DNA of 64,000 nt from an uncultured Actinomycetota bacterium (GCA_963732355.1 CAVSZD010000011.1:1645-65644), one strand, 5' to 3'; positions 1 through 9,684 are shown, counted from the stretch's first letter. The notes: a model not told the origin generated them from the letters alone. Numbers and translations are program-made.

Positions 1-303
1 CTTCCACTTCACGACGTACTTGGTGGGAGCCTCACCGAAGGAGCCATCAATGAACCCACGCAGTTTCCCGTCGCGGATCTTGCCCCGGAAGCAGACGTAC
101 TCGCTGCTGAAGGCGCCGAGCGCACCGACGACCTTCCTGCCGGTCTTGCGCAATGCGGCGAACTCGCCCACGTACAAGCCGTCATCGATGTACTCGACGT
201 TCTTCACCATGTAGAGGTCGCGGGTCGTGACGGCACTCGCTGCCGGAACGCCGATCCCGGACAGGCCGACCCCACAGGCGACAATCAGTGCCATCTTTCG
301 CAT
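1..303 (-). CDS. Secreted hypothetical protein, 3' end outside window
   Basis: Manual translation from ATG 303 gives MRKMALIVACGVGLSGIGVPAASA-VTTRDLYMVKNVEY..., open to base 1; signal peptide ending A-S-A. Not in the ORF track. Confidence 0.7.
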   Translation of the reverse strand, partial: MRKMALIVACGVGLSGIGVPAASAVTTRDLYMVKNVEYIDDGLYVGEFAALRKTGRKVVGALGAFSSEYVCFRGKIRDGKLRGFIDGSFGEAPTKYVVKWK

Positions 304-447
304 ATGCCCACGGTACGTTCGGGTTCGGCTTGGACCTATAGCCGTTGCCGAGTCGTTACGGGACTGGGCCGGACTTGAGGCCATGGGGTCGATCGGAACG
401 TCAACTCCTGCTAACGCGGGCATTCAAACCCTTGAACATCCCGCGGG

Positions 448-575
448 TCAGAGCACCTTGTCCACCCATCGTGGTGTGTACCAGCCGCCGCGGTGCCAGC
501 CGACCTGGGTCAACCACGGCCACACCTGCTCCGGTGGCGCGTCCAAGGTGGCCGCATGGTGCTCGCGATCATTCA
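448..575 (-). pseudogene. Fragment of SRPBCC-like protein
   Basis: ATLDAPPEQVWPWLTQVGWHRGGWYTPRWVD resembles the N-terminal motif of actinobacterial SRPBCC proteins, but a stop follows almost immediately. Confidence 0.55.
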
Positions 576-736
576 TCGCCTGGGAGGTGCCGGGTCCGCT
601 CGGCTCTGGTTGATCCAGAAGTGCGGCCAAGGCGATAACCGACTCCGTAACCGGCCACAACCCCGCCGATCAGCAGCGGCGCGACCGAACGCCGATCCCA
701 ATTCACGCCGCCATGATAGGAATCTCGGGAGGCGAA

Positions 737-1537
737 TCAGCCAGCGAGTGTGCCGGCGAAAACCTGCCAGGCCAACAACGACTTCGCGACCAGGCTCAAC
801 GTGATGTACGTACGTTCCCCGGCAAGGTAGTCAGCCCAGCGCCCGACCTGCTTGTACTGCAGGTACTGGACCAGGGCGAAGACATTGAAGAAGAGGAACA
901 GCGACACGATGATCCCGTAGACGAAGCCTGGCGGTTCGGCTGAGGACGTCGAACCGGGAGCGACTACGAAGAACGCGATGATCAGCCACGGGACGATCCC
1001 CACCATGGATCCGAAGATGAACGGCAGGAACCCGCCGCCAGGCCTTTCGTAGTCCTCCTGCAACCAGCCGAAGAAGATCATCGCCGCGTTCACCGCGAAG
1101 ATCGCCGCGAGGGCAGCAACGTCGGTCAGACCCGTGATTTGGGCGATCAGCACGATCATCATCGACGAGGTGAGGGCGTACTCGACCCAGCGGGCGCGGT
1201 TGCGCTGACGTGCCAGATCCGCGGCATACCCCTTAGACCAGATCGTTGCGACGATCAGCAGCGCGATCCCGGACAGGGCCAGGAACCCAGCCACTCCCAG
1301 CCCGATCGGGGTATCCAGCAACGTGACCGGCGCACCCGGGGTGGTCCCGGGGGGTCCCTCGAGATAGGAGGCGGTGACCGGCAGGGTGAAGTCGTTGGAG
1401 AGCGCGAACACCGCCACCGCCTGTACGAGCAGGATCAGCCCGACCACGATGTTGTAGCGGCGTAGACGGGTCAATCGGCCTGGCTCGACGGCTTCAGGGG
1501 CTGGCGCGCCAGCGGTTGAGGTGCTCATGATCTCCAC
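737..1537 (-). CDS. heR: Heliorhodopsin (start may be ATG 1528)
   Basis: Seven hydrophobic segments; NDFTLPVTASYLEGPPG loop, RWVEY (counterion Glu), FGWLQE, GERTYITLSLVAK (retinal-binding Lys). Confidence 0.95.
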   Translation of the reverse strand: MEIMSTSTAGAPAPEAVEPGRLTRLRRYNIVVGLILLVQAVAVFALSNDFTLPVTASYLEGPPGTTPGAPVTLLDTPIGLGVAGFLALSGIALLIVATIWSKGYAADLARQRNRARWVEYALTSSMMIVLIAQITGLTDVAALAAIFAVNAAMIFFGWLQEDYERPGGGFLPFIFGSMVGIVPWLIIAFFVVAPGSTSSAEPPGFVYGIIVSLFLFFNVFALVQYLQYKQVGRWADYLAGERTYITLSLVAKSLLAWQVFAGTLAG

Positions 1538-1598
1538 GTTAGCCGCCCAGTGGACGCCAACGCCCTGACCGACTCGCGGCTACGATGCGGCCAAGGAT

Positions 1599-2615
1599 GT
1601 GAGGAGGCTGCCGGTGCCCGATCGAACCCGCCGCCGCGGCGTCGGCGCGCACAAGATCAGGATCCCACTGCGCGGCATCGACCAAGGGCTCGTCCTCCAA
1701 TGCCAGCACCCGGATCGACCGGTCCTGCTGTTCATCCACGGCGGACCCGGTATGCCGGAGTTCTGGCTGACGCAGCGATACCCGACACGCCTTGACCAGT
1801 CCTTCACCGTCGCTTGGTGGGATCAACGCGGGGCCGGCCTGTCCTTCGACCCGACCATCGCGGCGAAGACGATGACCGTGGAGCAGTTGGTGGCCGACAC
1901 GCTCGCGGTCAGCCGGTGGCTGCAAGGCCGATTCAGGACAGAGAAGATCTACGTGCTAGCCCATTCGTGGGGCAGCTTCATCGGTCTGCAGGCCGCCGCG
2001 CAGTCGCCCGAACTCTTCCACGCATACATCGGTATGGGCCAGATCACCCACCAGATCGAGTCGGAGCGAGAAGCCTATGCGTACATGCTGGAGAGGTATC
2101 GCACGAACGGCGACCGACGTATGGTTCGACGGCTGGAGAAGGCACCGATCGGTCCTCAGCCACCGCTGCCCCGCGCATACATGGCATTGCGTGACCCAGC
2201 CATGCACCGACTCGGAGTCGGTACGACACACGACATGCGATCGGTGGTGACCGGGCTGTTCCTAACGTCGTTGCGGTTCTCCGGGTACACGTGGCAGGAG
2301 AAGGTGAATCTGTGGCGGGGCAAGCGGTTCTCCGGCAGGTTCGGCCTCTGGGACGAGATGTTGGCCACTGACCTCGCCGCGCTGATTCCAGAGTTGCAGA
2401 TTCCCGCGTACTTCTTGCACGGCGTCCACGACCGCACCGTTTCCTACAGTCAGGCCAAGGCCTACGCCCACAGCCTTCGGGCACCCCAAGTCGGCTTCTA
2501 CAGCTTCGAGGAATCGGCTCACAGTCCGGTGTTCGAGGAACCGGAGCGAACCGCGCAGATCCTCGAACACGACGTGCTCACCGGCAGAACGGACCTCGCC
2601 GACGCCACTTCCTGA
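1599..2615 (+). CDS. Alpha/beta hydrolase (proline iminopeptidase-like)
   Basis: HGGPG, WDQRGAG, AHSWGS nucleophile elbow, catalytic D (HDRT) and H (SAHSP); start uncertain. Confidence 0.85.
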   Translation: MRRLPVPDRTRRRGVGAHKIRIPLRGIDQGLVLQCQHPDRPVLLFIHGGPGMPEFWLTQRYPTRLDQSFTVAWWDQRGAGLSFDPTIAAKTMTVEQLVADTLAVSRWLQGRFRTEKIYVLAHSWGSFIGLQAAAQSPELFHAYIGMGQITHQIESEREAYAYMLERYRTNGDRRMVRRLEKAPIGPQPPLPRAYMALRDPAMHRLGVGTTHDMRSVVTGLFLTSLRFSGYTWQEKVNLWRGKRFSGRFGLWDEMLATDLAALIPELQIPAYFLHGVHDRTVSYSQAKAYAHSLRAPQVGFYSFEESAHSPVFEEPERTAQILEHDVLTGRTDLADATS

Positions 2616-2741
2616 CGCCGACCGTGTCAACCGGTCAGGTCTCCTCGCCCGTGTTGATCGGCAGCGGCTTGTGCAGAAAACTCATGATCCACAGACCTCA
2701 CCTCCGCGTTGGCACGAGTCCTAAGCCCTGCGCTACTGCTG

Positions 2742-3179
2742 CTACGCGGCCTCGGCAAGGGCTTTGAAGTTGGCCAATAGGGTCTCGAGGAACCCCTCGT
2801 GACTCTTGGCCATCCAGCCCTCCAGGGTCTTGCCCACAGCAGGTGCTTTGACATGCCACTCCCCCTGGCCGGTCATGATCGTGGCGCCATCAGCGGCCTT
2901 GAACGTGAATATCCACACCGGCTTCTCTGGACCGAATACGACCTGGGCAACGATCTTCTCCGGCGGGATCACCTCTGTGTACTCGATGTGTCCCTGGAAA
3001 TGCACACCCAGACCATGCGTCCAGATCTCAGCACTGGTCCCCACGCCGTCCCGCTTCAACTGCACGTCCCTGAGCGCCACCTCGGGCGAGCAGGCCCAGA
3101 ACTTCCCCACGTCCATCGCGAGGTCGAACACCTTGTCCACCGGTGCCTTGATCGTGATGCTGCGCGTCAACGTCGCCAT
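2742..3179 (-). CDS. SRPBCC / polyketide cyclase-dehydrase family protein
   Basis: LTRSITIKAPVDKVFD N-terminal motif, C-terminal helix LANFKALAE; GAGGGGG SD upstream. Confidence 0.8.
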   Translation of the reverse strand: MATLTRSITIKAPVDKVFDLAMDVGKFWACSPEVALRDVQLKRDGVGTSAEIWTHGLGVHFQGHIEYTEVIPPEKIVAQVVFGPEKPVWIFTFKAADGATIMTGQGEWHVKAPAVGKTLEGWMAKSHEGFLETLLANFKALAEAA

Positions 3180-3366
3180 GATCGATCCCCCTCTCGAACT
3201 TCAACAGGAGGGAATTTCCCCACTTCCATTGTACCTTCGGGGGCTGAGATACAGTCCGTGACAAGGCATCAAAATACCTGATCAGAGCCCGAGTTCGACC
3301 GGGGTTTGTCCTGGCTCGCGGCGCTGGGACTGTGATCTGCCACAGCCGGGCTGACAGACTGGACGC

Positions 3367-4038
3367 ATGGCCCTGGCAGAGGCGTTCTCCTTCGACGATG
3401 TGGCTTTGGAACGTGACGGCCACCGCATCGTCGACGGAGTCAGTGACCACATCCACAAGGGCGCCACCACAGCAATCATCGGTGCCAGCGGCTCGGGCAA
3501 GTCCACCTTCCTGCGCCTGCTCAACCGCTTCGAGGAACCCACCGAGGGCAGGATCCGGCTGGATGGGCGCCCCCTGGAGTCCTACGACGTCCACGCCCTG
3601 CGCCGCCGGGTCGGTCTTGTGGCGCAACGACCGACAATGCTCACGCCCAGCGTCGGCCAGGAGGTTCGCGTCGCCTGTCCCGACCTCACCGATGCCGCAG
3701 TGCTGCAACTGCTGCAGCGGGTGGCGTTGCAGGACGTAGCGCTGGATCGAGCAACAACGACACTGTCCGGCGGTGAGCAGCAGCGCCTGGCCCTCGCCCG
3801 GTCACTGGCGGTCGCTCCGGACGTTCTGCTGCTGGACGAGCCCACGAGCGCATTGGATGAGCACTCGGCAGAGGCCGTGGACGACGTCATCCGATCGCTG
3901 GTCACAGAAGACCTGACTGTTGTTCTAGTCAGCCATGACCTGAACCGCGTTGTGGAGCTCGCTGACAAGGTTCTGGTCCTCGAAAGCGGCCGGTTGGTCG
4001 AACGCGGCGAGCCGGGAGACGTGCGGTATCTGCGATGA
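3367..4038 (+). CDS. ABC transporter ATP-binding protein (FetA/YbbL-like)
   Basis: Walker A GASGSGKS, LSGGEQQR signature, LLLDEPT Walker B; ATGA-coupled to permease. Confidence 0.9.
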   Translation: MALAEAFSFDDVALERDGHRIVDGVSDHIHKGATTAIIGASGSGKSTFLRLLNRFEEPTEGRIRLDGRPLESYDVHALRRRVGLVAQRPTMLTPSVGQEVRVACPDLTDAAVLQLLQRVALQDVALDRATTTLSGGEQQRLALARSLAVAPDVLLLDEPTSALDEHSAEAVDDVIRSLVTEDLTVVLVSHDLNRVVELADKVLVLESGRLVERGEPGDVRYLR

Positions 4039-4817
4039 CTGCCTCCCCTCAGATCCCCGACTGGCTCGGAGTCGCCGCATCAGTGCTGCTGGTGGGCATT
4101 GCCGTGCTGGCATCGTCCTGGGCCCGGTTGGGCCTCACGCGCGATCTCGTCTGGGCAGCCTTGCGCGCATTCGTCCAACTTCTCGCTGTCGGCGCTCTGC
4201 TCACGATCCTGTTCGATCGCGCCGGGCTACTCGGGGCCTTGGCCTGGGTGACAGGGATGGTCGTGATCGCAGGATTCGTTGCCGCCGGACGGTCCCCCGA
4301 ACTACCTCGGCGACGCCCCACCGCCTGGATCGCCGTGGGCGCCGGCGTGGCGACCACGTTGGGTGTCCTGCTGGTACTGGGCGTCATCGAGCCGACACCT
4401 TCGGTGGTGGTACCGGTCGGGGGCATGGTCGTCAGCGGCTCTATGACTGCCACCAACCTGACGATGCGACGACTGGCCGACATCGCCCACCAGCAGCGTC
4501 CCGACATCGAAGCGCGCCTGGCCCTGGGTATGACCGCGAGCGAGGCGATGACCCCGCACCTGCGGCAGGGCGTCAAGACCGCCCTTCTGCCCGCGATCGA
4601 CTCCACCAAGGTCGTTGGCCTTATCGCCCTGCCGGGAGCGATGACGGGACTGATCCTGGCTGGCGTGGAACCCATCGTCGCGATCCGCTACCAGATCGTC
4701 GTCATGTACATGCTCCTCGCGGCTGCGGCTGTGAGCGCGATTGTGGCGGCGCACCTGACCCGCAGGGCGCTGTTCGATAACGCCGACCGCCTTTGCCGGG
4801 TCGCTGCCCCCAAGTAG
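4035..4817 (+). CDS. fetB: ABC transporter permease, FetB/UPF0014 family
   Basis: RAFVQLLAVG, IEARLALG, GLIALPGAMTGLILAG, AIRYQIVVM motifs. Confidence 0.85.
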   Translation: MTASPQIPDWLGVAASVLLVGIAVLASSWARLGLTRDLVWAALRAFVQLLAVGALLTILFDRAGLLGALAWVTGMVVIAGFVAAGRSPELPRRRPTAWIAVGAGVATTLGVLLVLGVIEPTPSVVVPVGGMVVSGSMTATNLTMRRLADIAHQQRPDIEARLALGMTASEAMTPHLRQGVKTALLPAIDSTKVVGLIALPGAMTGLILAGVEPIVAIRYQIVVMYMLLAAAAVSAIVAAHLTRRALFDNADRLCRVAAPK

Positions 4818-4859
4818 GTCACTTATCCTCAGGTGGATTCTGTCGGTCCCCGGCTGCAA

Positions 4860-6524
4860 TCAGCCCTCGGGGAACGCCTCGCTGGGTTCGCGGTAGGCCA
4901 GCAGTTGCTCCCTGCGCTCAGGCGTGAAGTACTCGTCGAAGCGGCGTTGAGCGTCCTCGCCGAACAGCAACTCGCACGCCTCGTGAATCCCGTCGGCGTC
5001 GCGCACCTCATCGTGGTCGAGCACGAGGGCGATCTTGCTGCGCCGGCGTAGGAAGTCGTCGAGCTTGGTGATCATCTCGGTCTTCGCCGCGTAGTGCAGC
5101 TCCACCCGCACGTAGTCGGCGTCCTCGATGACGTCGTCGGCCATCGACGGGTCGTCGCGCATGGCTTCCAACATGGCGAAGGCGCGCAAACCGTAGCGCC
5201 GCCACAAACGCGTCGACAGCGTCTCGAAACTGGCCCGCGTGGTGATGTGATCCAGCCCCATCAACCGGGCCTGCCGCAGGAACTCCTCACGGGTGGCCTT
5301 CGGGGGCTCGCCGTACCAGGACTTCCTGTCCTTGGTCAGCGGGATGCCGAGCTTCTTGACCAACGCACTGACCTCGTTGCCGATGTTCACGCAGTCCGTG
5401 AGCTTGCCGCCGAAGACCGTCACCCACGAACGGGCCGCATCAACCTCGAGCGCGTGTTTACGCGACAGCGAGGTCCAGTCCGTCTGCTCGGAGGTGGTGT
5501 TGTCGGTCTCGACCACCAAAGGACGCACCCCACACCGGGTCGAGATGATGTCGCGCGGCGAGAGCGGCGTCTGCAGGTCCAAGCGCTCGTTGATCTGGTT
5601 GAGCAGGAAGTCGCGGTCCTCGTCGGTCACGTCGGTGACAGGGTCGACCACCCGGTCGTCGGTCGTGCCGATCATGGAACGGGTGCCCATCGGGATCACG
5701 TAGAACAGCCGCTGGGTGTCGTCGAAGAACGCGAGCACCCGCTCCTGTTTGGCCAGCCGCGGGACGATCAGGTGGATGCCCTTGGAGAAGACGATCTTGT
5801 GCTTGGTGCGGATTCCATGGGCCTCGTTGATCGGATCGACGAAGGGACCGGCAGCGTTGACGATGATCTTCGCCGTGGCTGCGAACTCAGCTCCGGTGTC
5901 CACGTCGCGCATCTGCACGCGCCAGCGGTCACCGTCGCGCTCAGCCGATTCGAAGGAGACGTAATTAGCGCAGGTCGCTCCGGAATTGAGCGCCGAACGA
6001 ATGAACCCGAACACGAACCGGGAGTCGTTGTCGACGATGTAGGCGTCGGAGTACTCGATCCCACCGAGCAGGTTGTCGGTGCGCACGATGGGCTCGCGCT
6101 CGCGGATCTTGTCAGTGCTCAACACCTTGGGTGGCTTGGTGAAGCCGTTGCCGATGACCCAATAGGCAGTGGCCCCAAGCCCCGCGAATGGGGGCGAGTA
6201 CGGCGAGTTCTCGTCCAGCGCCGCCATGAACCGGATCTCCTTGAGATTCTCCGGGTAGGCCTTGATCAGGTGGTTGCGCGACTTGCACAGATCGCGCACC
6301 AGTTTGATCTCGTAGTTCTCGAGGTACTTGAAGCCGCCCCACACGAGATTGCTCGACTGCATCGAGGTGAATGCTGCAAAGTCACCCTTGTCGATCACGG
6401 CAACCCGCGCACCCCTCGATGCCAGGGCCGCGGCTGAAACCGCACCGTTGATCCCGCCCCCGACGATCAATACGTCGAAGATGCCGCCGTCAAGTTGGTC
6501 GATATTGGATTCGCGTAGTCCCAC
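4860..6524 (-). CDS. glpD: FAD-dependent glycerol-3-phosphate dehydrogenase/oxidase
   Basis: DVLIVGGGING, TSMQSSNLVWGG, VNAAGPF, GVRPL, GGKLT; TAGGAT 6 nt before GTG (leaderless). Confidence 0.85.
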   Translation of the reverse strand: MGLRESNIDQLDGGIFDVLIVGGGINGAVSAAALASRGARVAVIDKGDFAAFTSMQSSNLVWGGFKYLENYEIKLVRDLCKSRNHLIKAYPENLKEIRFMAALDENSPYSPPFAGLGATAYWVIGNGFTKPPKVLSTDKIREREPIVRTDNLLGGIEYSDAYIVDNDSRFVFGFIRSALNSGATCANYVSFESAERDGDRWRVQMRDVDTGAEFAATAKIIVNAAGPFVDPINEAHGIRTKHKIVFSKGIHLIVPRLAKQERVLAFFDDTQRLFYVIPMGTRSMIGTTDDRVVDPVTDVTDEDRDFLLNQINERLDLQTPLSPRDIISTRCGVRPLVVETDNTTSEQTDWTSLSRKHALEVDAARSWVTVFGGKLTDCVNIGNEVSALVKKLGIPLTKDRKSWYGEPPKATREEFLRQARLMGLDHITTRASFETLSTRLWRRYGLRAFAMLEAMRDDPSMADDVIEDADYVRVELHYAAKTEMITKLDDFLRRRSKIALVLDHDEVRDADGIHEACELLFGEDAQRRFDEYFTPERREQLLAYREPSEAFPEG

Positions 6525-6641
6525 ACTTCGATCCTAGGCGCCGCGACCGCCGGACATGGCGGCCATGCTTTGGATCACTGCCGTGACAGCGCCACTACAA
6601 GCAGGTGTTCCGGGTCGATCAGGTGACTGAAGTCCTAACTC

Positions 6642-6793
6642 GTCGCGGAGTAGCCCGAACTCATACAGGTGACCGTTGGCACGCCCGGCTGAGGATCTCA
6701 AGGCGCATCCGGCCAGGAGCGGTCGCGCAGTAGCCCGAACTCATACAGGTGACCGTTGGCACGCCTGGCTGAGGATCTCAAGGCGCATCCGGC
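6642..6793. repeat. Intergenic tandem duplication, 2 x 72 bp, 80-bp period
   Basis: 6642-6713 versus 6722-6793, 2 mismatches. Confidence 0.95.
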
Positions 6794-6847
6794 ACGAGCG
6801 CTTCCCAGGGATGGCGCCACAGGCACCGGTGCGCCTACCCTCGAGCC

Positions 6848-7396
6848 ATGATCAAGCCAACCGCCGTGCTCGTGTTCGCGATGTCCCTGACGCTGGCACC
6901 CGCCGCCGCAGCCAAGAGCAACCCCGAGAACGACAAGCTTCCCCCCACCGCGAACGCGGGGTACTTCCTCGGCTATCCCAGCCCCACCTATTCCTGGCAC
7001 GGCTGCACGAAGACCGCAACGGCACGGACAGCGTCTTCCACCCCCATCGCTGGCGAGCCGGACCTCATCAAGGGCAGCAAGCAGAAGGCGGTCACGTTCA
7101 CGATTCGCACCACCGCGCCTTACGTGTCGTGGCAGGTCAAGGACGGCTGGAGGATCTGCGGGGTGCAGGTGAGCGCGGTCTTGAATAACGACAATGTCAG
7201 TTCGATGCTGCTGGCCGAAGCCGGCTACACCTCAGGGCCGAAGAAGGGCTCGACGTCGAAGTCGGGAACCGAGACGATCCAGGTGACCATCCCGACTAAG
7301 GGGATCGGCAGTGCGGGCTTCGAGGAGTTCGAAGGGCAGACCTTCTCCATGCGCTCCATCCGTCAGGTCGCCGTGTTCGTCAGGAAGGCGAACTGA
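6848..7396 (+). CDS. Secreted hypothetical protein
   Basis: Signal peptide MIKPTAVLVFAMSLTLAPAAAA; beta-rich mature part with two Cys; typical codon usage. Confidence 0.75.
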   Translation: MIKPTAVLVFAMSLTLAPAAAAKSNPENDKLPPTANAGYFLGYPSPTYSWHGCTKTATARTASSTPIAGEPDLIKGSKQKAVTFTIRTTAPYVSWQVKDGWRICGVQVSAVLNNDNVSSMLLAEAGYTSGPKKGSTSKSGTETIQVTIPTKGIGSAGFEEFEGQTFSMRSIRQVAVFVRKAN

Positions 7397-7621
7397 ACCT
7401 CGCCGATCGATAGGGCATCAGCGGCTCAGACACCCTCACCCAGGATGAACTCAGCGAATTCCTGGGTACGGCACGGAGTTGGCGTTTGGTCGCCCATTGT
7501 TGCGAAGTCACTGGGACAGGCTGTGCGGACCTGTTCATCACTCTTAAGGCGGGTCAAAATCGATCCGATGCACCCCGCGGCGAAACCGGCACTCGCGCGT
7601 CCGGAGGCGTAGCCTGCCAGA

Positions 7622-9353
7622 ATGACGCCGCCACCGGACGCCGACCGCGGACTGCGCTCAGTTGTGCGCCGCGCCGCCGAGGGCGCACGCGACGTCGCCG
7701 ATAGTGCTTTCGACGCAACGGTGGGCCGTGTCGGTCATTCCGTGGGCGAGGTGGCCCTTGAGGCGACAAATGCGACCGCGCAGCAGGTCATCGAGGACCT
7801 TGAGCCGTACCTGATCGCAGAAGCGATTCCCAGAATCGTGGAGGGCATCACCCCTTACCTCACTGACGAACTGGTTCCCGAAGTCCTGGACGGTCTCACC
7901 AAGCACCTGACAACGGTGACCGTCCCTGTGGTGGTGGACGGTGTGTCTGAGCACCTGGTTGAAGTCACGGTGCCCGAGGTCGTCGCAGGGGTCACGCCTC
8001 GACTCGTGGATGACTTGTTGCCCCGTCTGCTGAGCGACATGCAGCCGTACCTGCAGCAACAACTCGTGCCGCAGATTGTGGACGGCTTGACTCCGTATCT
8101 CGAGCAGACGATCGCACCCCAACTCGTCGACGCCCTCATGCCCAAGATCCGCGACCAAGTCGCCCCCGACCTGCTCGACGCCCTCATGCCCCGCATCGAG
8201 AACGACATCGCACCCCAACTCGTCGACGCCCTCATGCCCAAGATCCGCGACCAAGTCGCCCCCGACCTACTCGACGCCCTCATGCCCCGCATCCAAGAAC
8301 GACATCGCACCCCAACTCGTCGACGCCCTCATGCCCAAGATCCGCGACCAAGTCGCCCCCGACCTGCTCGACGCGCTCATGCCCCGCATCCAGAACGACA
8401 TCGCACCCCAACTCGTCGACGCCCTCATGCCCAAGATCCGCGACCAAGTCGCCCCCGACCTGCTCGACGCCCTCATGCCCCGCATCGAGAACGACATCGC
8501 ACCCCAACTCGTCGACGCCCTCATGCCCAAGATCCGCCAGGAGGTTGTGCCGCAGGTACTTGACGACATCGTGGACGACCCGCGTATCCGGGATCTGATC
8601 CGGGAGCAGAGCCAGGGCCTCTTCCTCGACGCGATCGAGGGATTCCGTGGGACCTTGGCGGGTGTCGATTCGCTGGTGGACGGCGTGGGACGACGTGTGC
8701 TGCGACGGCCGCCGCGTCCCGTGGCTGAGACTGCCCTGGAACTCGTACTCGCCGAAACATCCCCTGATGACACCAAGCCCGTGCGACTGGCCCTGGATGA
8801 CCTGTCGAATCAACGGGCCATTTGGCGGGCCTTGCCCGCGCCACCCGCTCCGCCCGGGCGGAGTTTCACCTACGCCGGAGCTGTGACTCGGCTATTGGGC
8901 TTGGGGATTGATCTTCTCGTCGTGGGCTACCTCAACACGGTCCTCTTTTCAACGATTGCCGGCGTGCTGGATTCGTTGTTCTCGGGGTCGCCGCCGGCAT
9001 GGCTGGCGCTCACCCTCGTCACCATTGCCGCTGCGGTCATACCCACCTACCTGGGTTTCTGTTACTGGGCGCTCGGCAGGTCTTTGGGAATGGGCATCGT
9101 GGGGATCCGCGTGTGCACCCCGGATGGGAGACGGCCCGGATTTGTGCGAGCAATGGTGCGCGCTTGGGTGGGGATGATCGGGCTGGTCTTCTGGATCGTG
9201 ACGGGTGCTGTCTCACTCTTCGACGCCAAACGACGCAGCCTCTGGGACATGCTGGTGCACACCGAGGTGCGCTACTCCGTTCCGGAGACCCAGCAGCGCC
9301 GCCATGTCCGTGACGCCGTCCAAGAACAGCGAGAAGCTGCCGGGGCCTCGTAG
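7622..9353 (+). CDS. RDD-family membrane protein with long N-terminal 16-aa repeat region (frameshift ~8296)
   Basis: ORFs 7622-8563 and 8331-9353 join if the extra A in ATCCAAGAAC is removed (other copy ATCCAGAAC); RDD motifs YAGAVTRLLGLGID, GRSLGMGIVGIRV, RRSLWDMLVHTEV. Confidence 0.8.
8111..8540 (+). repeat. Coding tandem repeat, 96-bp unit x ~4.5
   Basis: Units start at 8111, 8207, 8304, 8400, 8496; encode IAPQLVDALMPKIRDQ-VAPDLLDALMPRIEND. Confidence 0.95.
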
Positions 9354-9357
9354 CCGT

Positions 9358-9429
9358 TGGTTAGAGGTTGTGCTGTTGGTTAGAGAATCCACGCGTTGTT
9401 TCTCTAACCAACAGCACAACCTCTAACCA
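9358..9429. repeat. REP/REPIN-like palindrome, copy 1
   Basis: Perfect 30-bp inverted repeat TGGTTAGAGGTTGTGCTGTTGGTTAGAGAA with 12-nt loop; second copy at 28368. Confidence 0.9.
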
Positions 9430-9651
9430 GGACGGCGGGCCGCGCGGCCGGGACCAGAACGACGACCAACTCGGCCCTCCCTTCGACATCACCGACGACG
9501 AGCAGTCCCGCCTTCCAGCGTGGCGCGTCCGACGACCGGGCCGGATCCCGTGCCGGTGGCGTCGGTATCCGTGTTGGGAAGGACGGCTCCACCTAAGGGG
9601 GGTGTTCCATGCGCATCACATCATCACTGGGTCTTCCCAATGGCTGTCAGC

Positions 9652-9684
9652 GACAGGTGACCCGCGGGTCGAGGGTCACCTGTC
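9652..9684 (-). terminator. Hairpin, probable terminator of 9699-10259
   Basis: 12-bp perfect stem GACAGGTGACCC/GGGTCACCTGTC about 15 nt past the stop; no U-tract. Confidence 0.55.

Noticed and set aside
5094-6437. Long antisense ORFs (also 19161-20207, 20367-21656, 26959-28281, 41271-42641, 44040-45593)
   Set aside because: They shadow well-supported genes on the other strand, have no motifs, and are expected in high-GC coding DNA.
6642-6793. Possible CRISPR array or known riboswitch
   Set aside because: Only two 72-bp units with an 8-bp gap, no spacers, no cas genes, and no riboswitch consensus that I recognise.
7426-7545. Short minus-strand frame ending ...CRTQEFAEFILGEGV
   Set aside because: No convincing start, SD or family resemblance.
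8111-8540. Possible CRISPR or non-coding repeat
   Set aside because: In-frame 96-bp coding repeat without unique spacers, continuous with degenerate protein repeats.
9358-9429. Telomere-like GGTTAG motifs or short ORFs MCCWLE...
   Set aside because: The motifs are part of the palindrome arms; the mirror-image ORFs are by-products of the inverted repeat.
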